Source of the DNA: Octopus vulgaris | Lineage: Eukaryota | Assembly: GCA_951406725.2 (NCBI GenBank) | Contig: OX597824.1 | Span: 9,734,001 to 9,798,000 of the forward strand | DNA length: 64,000 nucleotides | Reading direction: 5' to 3' | Part shown: positions 54,524 to 64,000 of the stretch, piece after piece | How positions within the stretch are numbered: position 1 is the first letter of the stretch | Layout of the letters: each line of letters opens with the position of its first letter | Notes under the pieces: generated by a model | Databases searched by the model: none | What the model saw: the letters and a program-made list of their open reading frames with translations, nothing else | What the model was told of the DNA's origin: nothing | Made by a program: the position numbers and the translations under genes

Positions 54524-54525
<2 letters not shown>
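54308..54525 (-). repeat. Two inverted duplications of the adjacent SINE C tail
   Basis: 54308-54351 and 54380-54525 are reverse complements of parts of 54130-54273, separated by (TA)n. Confidence 0.9.
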
Positions 54526-54568
<43 letters not shown>

Positions 54569-54639
54569 TTTATATATACAAACGTACACACATGCACACA
54601 CACACACTTTAGACCACTAACCTCAACACATTTTTTCAT

Positions 54640-54795
54640 TCTCTCTCTATTTATTTCCTCGTTTTCCTTTCTGTCGAAGAGCGTAGGCCCGAAACGTAAA
54701 AGACTTTTCCTTTTTTCCCGAGCGTCAGACTAATACACTTGCTTGTTGTTCTTACACCTGTCTTCGTCTTTGTTTTTCTATGAATTTTAACTATA
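54640..54795 (+). mobile_element. Family E repeat with a variant hammerhead-like motif
   Basis: CTTT-CTGTCGA-A-GAGC gtag GCCC-GAAA-CGTA-AAAG; CACCTGTCTTCGTCTTT downstream as in other E copies. Confidence 0.6.
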
Positions 54796-54812
54796 TATAC
54801 ATATACGTGTGT

Positions 54813-54874
<62 letters not shown>

Positions 54875-55054
54875 TTGTATTGCTAGTTCATGGGGAGGCT
54901 GCGCTTATTGCCGTAGGAGTACATTTTCTCATCAATGCGCCTGGTGTTAAAACATTTGGAAGTCATAGACAAGCGAGGTATATAAATATACCTCACACAT
55001 CTATTATATTTATATATATATAATTATTTTAGCATTTTCTACCTTGACGTTTTT

Positions 55055-55088
<34 letters not shown>

Positions 55089-55340
55089 CAATAAGAAAAT
55101 GGAGGAGAACAATAGGTGGTTCATTCAACTTTTAGACATTATATTATGCTAACTTATTTATTTTTTTACTAAACTGATAATTACAATAATATACATACAT
55201 ATAACATATTAGTCTTTACTTATAAGATACAAGATATAAGATATATAGTAATATATAAGGATACCAGTAATTATTATAAAATAACAAACATGAATACAAT
55301 TTGGGAAAATAAATTTACATATATATATATAAATATATAA

Positions 55341-55422
<82 letters not shown>

Positions 55423-55453
55423 AGAAAGAGAGAAAGAGAGATCAACAAATTTT

Positions 55454-55749
55454 AGGTTCATTAAAATGTGTGTGACGTATTTCAGCTTCTGAAGGCAAAT
55501 TCAATGCAGGTTACCATGGAGAAAAAAATTATCGCTTACGTTACAAAGGTGTAAAATCGGCATACCTGCTCAGTGTCTCTCAGACGCGTTTCTGGCTCTT
55601 TGGCTTTTCTCAGTTGGAGATACCTGAGAGAGATAACTCGAGCAGTTGTTTTTACACCTGTTACTATTAGCGACAATTTTTTCTCCATGGTTACTGGAGA
55701 AAATTTGCATTTAGAAGTTGAAATGTCTCAAACACATTTTAATGAACCT
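55454..55749. repeat. ~300-bp fold-back element with a degenerate hammerhead-like motif in its loop
   Basis: AGGTTCATTAAAATGTG..CCATGGAGAAAAAA..GGTGTAAAA pairs with TTTTACACC..TTTTTTCTCCATGG..CACATTTTAATGAACCT; minus-strand loop CTGAGAA..GAAA-CGCG-TC. Confidence 0.8.
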
Positions 55750-56004
55750 CAGGTTCGTTTATTCTTCATCAATGCTTAGCGCTGATACCGTTGCACTTGT
55801 TCTCACCAGGCGGCTTGCGAGCGCTATTCGGTCATTGATCTTCACTGTTTTCAGAATAAATTACCGATTTAGAAGCTGCTCTTTCCGGTATTATCTTTGA
55901 AGACTGTGTTCCAGTATGGCCACATTCCAAGGATTGCAACTAGTAAAAAAAAATATGACAATAAAATAATAGAAATAGAAATATGTGTAGGTAGATGGAC
56001 AAGA

Positions 56005-56525
<521 letters not shown>

Positions 56526-56794
56526 TCCTAGATAGGTAGTTTGATAACTGGAAAACTGATGCGAAACATAATTTAGGCTTGTATAAATTATACAATCTTA
56601 GATCATTGCCAAGATTAGCAATTGTGTTGCTACAGACAATAGCTGTTTCTTCAAGATAAAAGTATTGATTAATATAACTATCTCGACATTTATAATTTGA
56701 CAAATTTTAAATAAAAAATATATACTTATGATTCATTCTTTTGCACTTACGCAAAGAATGTATGTATGTACATGTGTGTGTGTGTGTATGTATG

Positions 56795-56853
<59 letters not shown>

Positions 56854-56936
56854 ACATATTCATATATTCATACATACATATATATTCATACATACATATA
56901 TATATACTCGTACATAAATACATATATATATATATC

Positions 56937-57050
56937 GTGATGATGATGGTGGTGGTGGTGGTGGTGGTGGTGGTGGTGGTGGTGGTGGTGATGGTGGTGG
57001 TGGTGGTGCTGGTGCTGGTGCTGGTGCTGGTGACGATGATAATGATGACA

Positions 57051-57129
<79 letters not shown>

Positions 57130-57165
57130 CGACGACGACGACGACGACGACGATGATGATGATGA
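56937..57165. repeat. (GGT)n-(GAT)n-(GAC)n compound trinucleotide tract
   Basis: Direct read. Confidence 0.96.
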
Positions 57166-57220
57166 TAAAAAGTAACAACAAAAGAATGATATCTCGATAT
57201 TGGATAAATAGATGATTATG

Positions 57221-57592
57221 TACAGCCTTGGCGAAAGGTATTCGGCCACCCCAATGTTTTGGGGTTCTGCTATTTCAATGTTAATGAAACTCGTGCACAT
57301 GGTAGAGTATGGTATATTTCACAATGTACAATAATTATAATATCGCTCAGAAACAGGAGAAAACCATCGTTAGAGCGCTGTGAGGACTTCAACGAGGCGA
57401 GTACTTCACAAATATCAACCATAACTGTTAGAAGAAGACTTGCAGAGTATGGTCTGAAAGGCTGTAAAGCGAGGAAGAAGCCACGAGTTTCTAAAGCGAA
57501 TATGGAAAAACGTCTCTAGTGGGCTAAAAACTACACAAATTGGACAAGTGAGAAAGTCATATGGTCTGATGAAAGCAACTATGAGGTAAGAT
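57221..57592 (+). mobile_element. Tc1-like transposon 5-prime fragment (pseudogene)
   Basis: TA-CAGCCTTGGCGAAAGGTATTCGGCCACCC TIR; ISTITVRRRLAEYGLKGCKARKKPRVSKANMEKRL*WAK..WTSEKVIWSDES (Tc1 HTH and first catalytic D). Confidence 0.85.
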
Positions 57593-57990
57593 AGTACAGT
57601 TATGCCTGTGAGACAATTTCTATCACCATATCTCCCCTAACATCAGGTCACCTAACTTTCCAGATTGCAACATCCTTGTTTATCATGTGTGATGCGCAGT
57701 TGAGCGAGAGACCAACAAAACACCCTGTAACACTAAAAATGAACTGAAGGCAAGAATTATGGAAGCATTCACCAACTTAAAGAAGGAGGCCGTCCAGAAG
57801 AGTTGCAGGAGATTTTGATGTCGTCTGGGGGCCGTGGTTGAAGCCAATGGCGATTTTATTGAATAAATTCATCTTTAATATTTCAAGATATTTTTATGTA
57901 ATTGCGGTAAATATAGCTGTTAAAATGAGATGTCAGTGTTATTTTGATTTTTGTGTTATTTAGACGACAGTTTATTCATCGCATCCTGTA
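57593..57990 (+). mobile_element. maT/DD37D-like transposon 3-prime fragment (pseudogene)
   Basis: DNFYHHISPNIRSPNFPDCN..AVERETNKTPCNTKNELKARI..AVVEANGDFIE*; terminal TTTATTCATCGCATCCTG-TA. Confidence 0.75.
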
Positions 57991-58159
57991 TATACCCAAA
58001 CATACATGCTTTACAATATTTGGTTCTCAATAAATAGTGTATAAATAAAATTTATTGCGTATGAAATATCCTGCATTACTGCATTACTGCATTTCTTCCC
58101 CGAGTTTTACGTTACGGAACATCAGACAATTGATTCCAATTATGGCACATGATCAACAA

Positions 58160-58340
58160 TTTTGAAAGGAGGGAGAGCCAGTTATTTCGGTCCCAGAATA
58201 TGTCTAGTACTTTGTGTTATCGTACCCCGAATGAATTAAAGGTACAACTGCCTTCAGCGAGATTTGAACTCAGAACGTAAAGAGCCGAAAGAAAACGCAC
58301 AAAGTATTTCTTACGACGCTATAACGATTCTGCCAGTCCA
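58160..58340 (-). mobile_element. Old SINE A-related copy
   Basis: GATTTGAACTCAGAACGTAAAGAGCCG...GATTCTGCCAG. Confidence 0.6.
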
Positions 58341-58675
58341 CAGTTTAATGTATTATATATGGGGAGAGGGGGAAATCTAAAATATCTGTTGATTTGTTAA
58401 TTTGAAAGCCAATTTAAAACCTTGATGGTGTTTTAGGCTGGTTACCGAAGTCTTACGGTACTTTTATAGTCTGTCTTGTCATGTATGTGTGTGTGCGTGA
58501 GTGTGTATAAGTATATGTGTAAGTACGTATGTAAGAGTATATATATATATGTATGTATGTATGTATATGTATATGTATCTGTAGATAGATAGATATATAA
58601 CTATGTATGTGTTTGTATGTGTGTGACTGAGTGTGTGTGTGTATAAATATATATGTAAGTACGTAAGTATGTGTG

Positions 58676-58711
<36 letters not shown>

Positions 58712-59458
58712 AATATATATATGTGTATATATATATATATACATACATATATATATGTAGATATATATGTGTGTATGTAAGTGCTTATATATCTGCATGT
58801 GTGTGTGTGTGTGAGCGTGTGTATAAACGGCTGGAAAAATTAAAAGGAAAGAATGAGAAAGAAGACAACAACGAAAATATAAAGGGAAAAAACCAAAAGA
58901 AAAGAAATAAAAACGAAAATAAAAATAGACGATAGAACAGAAATTTTTTAAAAAACGATAAAAACCATGATTATACAGTTGTTGGGATTCATGAAAGGTT
59001 AATAATATATGAACAAAATTAATATTTAGAAAGACTTAAAATCTCGAATGACATAACCGAGAGATAAGTAAATTACGATATGAAAGAAAGAAACAAAGAA
59101 ACAACCTGTTTAAGTTTATATTTATAATTTGGTCAGTTTTGTAGGATTTTATATTGTTTGAGGAAATATTTAAAATCCCAGTAAATTATTCAAACATTAA
59201 ATTTTTCGAAGTATTTTGCTTTATTTTTTTACGTCGCTTTCAGTTACTGATTATTCGTGTTTCTCCACCGAATATTAAAGATTTTAAATATACTTCACTT
59301 ATCATATAATTTTCATGAATCTGAATTGTCAATTAATCATCTTTTTATGAATTGTTCACTCAAAATCCTATCTTGTTTTATATGTGTGTGTGTGTGATTA
59401 TGTGTGTGTGCATGCGTGCGTGTGTTCGGACTTGTGTGTATGTGTTTATTTATATATG

Positions 59459-59525
<67 letters not shown>

Positions 59526-59592
59526 GGAATTTACAAAAATACAAACCAAAGACGAAGACAGATGTATTAGTTTAACGCTCGGGTTTTACGAA

Positions 59593-59801
59593 GGTTGCCT
59601 GCAGGACTCGAACTCACAGTTCCTGCAAACATAACAGGCGTTTTGCCATTGCACCAGAGTAATCCTTCGAGTTTCTCTATCCACAAAGTTTCTAAAATGG
59701 ATAGAGAGATTCGAGGGATTGCTTTAGTCCCATGGTAGAACATTTGTTATGTTTGAATGAGATGTGAGTTCGAGTCACACAAGCATTCTTCGACTTTTTT
59801 T
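59593..59801. other. Head-to-head pair of tRNA-like units forming one long hairpin
   Basis: Minus unit 59663-59593 and plus unit 59718-59788, each with an A box (TGGTGCAATGG / TAGTCCCATGG), loop TATGTTT and B box GAGTTCGAGTC; T7 run at 59795-801. Confidence 0.6.
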
Positions 59802-61155
59802 ATCCAAAGGATTCCACGACCCAATATTTATATTCTTCTTTATAGCTGTATCTAACGAGCTTCGAGAACAACTATTCCAAAAACGACATGTATATAGCTT
59901 CCTTTTCCGTTCTATATTATTTTATTGTTTCTCTCTCCTTCTCTTTATTTTTCTTCGTTTCTGTTTTACGTGTATCTTCCACCCGTTATGTAAACATTTG
60001 TTAGAACAATATACCGTAGCATAACACTTAAATATTCAGTTATTAACAATTACGCAAGCTAGCCTTCATATTGGCTAAAGGAAAATCAACGGACATTTTA
60101 CATTTCATTCTAACTATGTATATATTCATTAACAACTTTCGTTATCAGACGATCCGAAATGATAATATCAGTATAGTAATAACGAACTTACAGCTTTGAA
60201 TAAATATTATACATTTATATTTCTATTGGTTATTTTTGCTGCATGTATTAATACTTGTATTAGATCACTCCTGTATCAGTTGAATACTTCTGCGAGCTAA
60301 ACAGCAGAAATGAATAATGAATAATGAATAAACATTCACAGTTTTGTTTTTGTTTGTTTGTTTTTGTTTTTTTAGGGGGGTGGTTTTTATGTGAAATCTC
60401 AGGCCCCCCACACAAATGCATAACATGAAATACCTACATTAACAGAACACAAGTTTTTCCTAAAATATGAGCTTTGGGACACGTATTTTTTAATATATAT
60501 ATATAAATATATATATAGAATAAAACAATATTCCTGCGGAATGCAAATATGGTTCCAAAATGGAGAAATGTCAAAACAATTTACTGGAGGTATTTGAAGC
60601 GAATGTTTTTTTAACGATATATCAAAGTAAAATACTTGAGGAAGAATTCTCCCGATAATTTTCTTGAATATCTTAGCAAATAATTGAAAACATCTCAATA
60701 ATATCTTTCTACAGTCAGAAAAAGCAAGGAACGTAAAGGAAACAGACTATAACATTCTTTTATCGAATCGCGTCGTAAATATTTAGAAAAAAAAATCTAC
60801 TAGCATTATATCAACTAACAACATTGTATTAAGTCATTTAAAGCTGTAAATAGCAGCGTATAAGTATTAGGTTAAAAACCATAGGATGGAAAATTTCGAC
60901 TTTTCCATCCAAGGCGACTCTTAATCCAATATTTATATGCTGTTATTGATAGCTTAATCCGATTTTCCAGTATTTATTTGCTGCCGTTCAAAGTTACAAA
61001 ATTCTTATTAAGTAAAAATTATATTTACGTAATTATATAAAGTAATCGTCACTAGTTTTTAATATAGACGTCAGAGCTGAAACACTTGCGTTACATAGAC
61101 CATATGTTACTTTTAAAGACCATAAAGTTAATTTCTTAAACAAACCATAATTTAG

Positions 61156-61645
61156 TGGGAGTAGCTTGCTTACGAACCACATGATTCTGGGTTCAGTCCC
61201 ACTGCGTGGCACCTTGGGTAAGTGCCTTCTGCTATAGCCTCGCGCCGACCAACGCCTTGTGAGTGGATTTGGTAGACGGAAACTGAAAGAGGCCTGCCAT
61301 ATATATGTATATATATATATGTGAGGGCGCGTGGCTTAGTGGTTAGGGCGTTCGGCTCATGATCGTAAGGTTGTGAGTTCGATTCCCGGCGACGCGTTGT
61401 GTCCTTGAGCAAGACACTTTATTTCACGTTGCTCCAGTCCACTCAGCTGGCAAAAATGAGTTGTACTTGTATTTCAAAGGGTCAGCCTTGTCACTCTCTG
61501 TGTCACGCTGATTATCCCCGAGAACTACGTTAAGGGTACACGTGTCTGTGAAATGCTCAGCCATTTGCACGTTAATTTCACGAGCAAGCTGTTCCGTTGA
61601 TCGTATCAGCTGGGACCCTCGTCGTCGTAACCGGCGGAGTCTTTC

Positions 61646-61723
<78 letters not shown>

Positions 61724-61961
61724 ATGTGTGTGTGTATATTTTTGTGTGGCTGTGTTTGCCCCTCCCCCCAACATCGCTTAGTAACCGTTGCTGGTGTGTT
61801 TACGTCCTCGTAACTTAGCGCTTTGGCAAAAGAGACAGATAGAATAAGTACTAGGCTTACAAAGAATAAGTCCTGGGGTCGATTTGCTCGACTAAAAAAG
61901 GCGGTGCTCCAGCATGGCCGCAGTCAAATGACTGAAACAAGTAAAAGAGTAAAGAGTAAGA
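61156..61961 (+). mobile_element. SINE B interrupted by SINE D-T2 (61321-61642)
   Basis: B 5-prime half 61156-61300, D copy inside the internal microsatellite, B 3-prime half 61745-61961. Confidence 0.85.
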
Positions 61962-62159
61962 GTTAGTCTCCGCAACCTCATTAAATCTGCTTTGAATATA
62001 TGAAGCAAAAGAAGGCTTTCACAATCATTGATCCTCGAAAGTAAAGCGTGTCAGATTTTATCTTTGAGGAACTGTATTTATATGATATTTGCCATAGCAA
62101 CTACAACTAAAATATTAGTAGACTTTCACGCAGTTTGACATCATTGATTATTTTCTACT

Positions 62160-62587
62160 CTAAGCACAAGGCTCGAAATTTGGTGAGGGAGGGGCCAGTC
62201 GATTAGATCGACCCCAAGATGCGACTGGTACTTAATTTATTAACTCCGAAAGGATGAAAGACAAAGTTGACCCAGGTGGAATTTGGACTCAGAACGTAAA
62301 TACAGACGAAATACCGCTAAGCATTTTGCCCGGCGTGCTAAAGATGCTTTTTTTTTTTTCTTACTGCCCACAAGGGGCTACACACAGAGGGGACAAACAA
62401 GGGTAGACAAACGAATTAAGTGGATTACAACGACCCTAGTGCGTAACTGGTACTTAATTTAATCGACCCCGAAAGGATGAAAGGTAAAGTCGACCTCGGC
62501 GGAATTTGAACTCTGAACGTAACGGCAGACGAAATACGGCTACGCATTTCGCCCAGCGTACTAACGTTTCTACCAGCTCACCGCCTT
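62160..62587 (-). mobile_element. Younger SINE A (62360-62587) adjoining an older A-type copy (62160-62345)
   Basis: Homology to family A with two different tails. Confidence 0.78.
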
Positions 62588-63617
62588 AGTTCGACATCAT
62601 TAATTACAACATTTCTTTCACAAAAGCTGTTCTGTAATAAACATTAGAAAACCATCAAAATTATTATGCATTTAAGAAGATACAGTTTGTCCTTTGACAT
62701 TGAATTATGACCTTATGCTAAAGAAAAATGCTGCATTCTTAGATTTTGGTAAGGATCCAAGGGATTCAGCAGACGCTAGTGGTTTTACAAAGCTTTATAT
62801 CTCAAATTCAAATTCAATTAGATTTCAATCTATACGTGGCACTATATAGTAATAATCGTCTGTAAAAATCTATGGAATTTAAGAGGCCAATAGCTACAGA
62901 AATTCAAACTAAATTTCAATGAATCATATTTGAAAACTATAGTTAACATAAAACTTAACATGGTTAATTTTCTTGACATAACATTCAATTTTGCGATTTT
63001 CAAACAACACCGTTATAGGAGACTCAACCAAGCATGATGATATATTAATATAAATTAAAACCACCCATCAACTATCTTAAATAATTAATCAAAAATATTA
63101 GTCGTCGCCTTTCTATCATTTCATACGATAATGATGAGATTAACAACTTCGTAACTCAATACGAACGAGGCATTAAATCGTAGCGGTTTCAAAGATAAAA
63201 ATATTTTCATAACAAATAGTTACGATAACGTACAGACTTGAAAACAGAAATTGTAAAAGTGTTATATAATTCTCCTCTTCGTATTGACGTTTAGGCTAAT
63301 ATTACCAAATAAATTTTTTAATTTTTAGATAAACATTTTGCAGAGTGATCATAAATATTAAAAAATTGTCTTTAACAAAAATTTTAAGATTAACTATTTG
63401 GAACAGAATATTTCATTGCATAATTATCTTGTAGCAATAATTAAAAGAAAAACATAATTTCCAGAATTATGAATCCTGTTCAGAACAACAAATCCAGCAA
63501 TCGGAGTCGCCCTTAACACTTTACCTACCAAACACATTTTGCGCCATATTTGCTTCTGCACCAGCCGTCGAATTTTATTATAAATTATACGTTTTTTTTT
63601 TTTAATTTATCTAACCA

Positions 63618-63912
63618 TGTGTATGTGTGTCTGTGTCTGTGTGCGTGCATGTATGTGTATGTCTGTGTGTGTGTGCGCGGGTGCATGTGGGTGTGTGCAT
63701 GTGTGTGCATGTGTGTGTGTATGTGTTGGATGTGCGTGTGTGTGTGCATGTGTGTGTCTACATGTGAGTGTATGTGTGTTGGATGTGCATGTGTGTGTCT
63801 GCATATGTGTTGGATGTGCGTGTGTGTGTGCATGTGTGTATTTAATGTGTGTACGAGCGTGTTTGTGTGTGTGTGTGTGTGTGCATATGTGTGAGCATGT
63901 GTGTGTGTGCTG
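63618..63912. repeat. Degenerate (GT)n tract with a higher-order unit
   Basis: TGTGTTGGATGTGC occurs three times. Confidence 0.9.
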
Positions 63913-63924
63913 TAACTCACTATA

Positions 63925-64000
63925 TATTGGGTTGTCCGGAAAGTTCGTGCCGATTTTTAAAGGAAAGAAAAAGGTCAATAAATACTTGCCATTACATTTT
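63925..64000. mobile_element. Mariner-like TIR cut by window edge
   Basis: TA-TTGGGTTGTCCGGAAAGTTCGTGCCGATTT resembles mariner TIRs. Confidence 0.6.

Overview
AT-rich, repeat-saturated eukaryotic DNA with no supportable host protein-coding exon; it is probably intronic or intergenic. The tRNA-headed SINEs and very dense (TA)n/(GATA)n/(TTA)n microsatellites suggest an octopus/cephalopod genome (inference). Contents: about 40 SINE copies in four working families (my labels A-D) that swap heads and tails; decayed R4/Dong-like and RTE-like LINE pieces; mariner, Tc1, maT, pogo-like, Merlin-like and Helitron remnants; and a solo LTR. Nearly all ORFs in the track are microsatellite or SINE artefacts. 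The most notable signal is about ten minimal type-I hammerhead-ribozyme-like motifs (CTGANGA-stem II-GAAA-palindromic stem III-NTH). Many lie in short modules next to (TA)n, some within long fold-back inverted repeats, resembling Penelope-like-element/retrozyme termini. There is also a head-to-head pair of tRNA-like units forming one hairpin (59593-59801). All calls were made by eye, so boundaries are approximate (about +/-10 bp) unless a motif is quoted.
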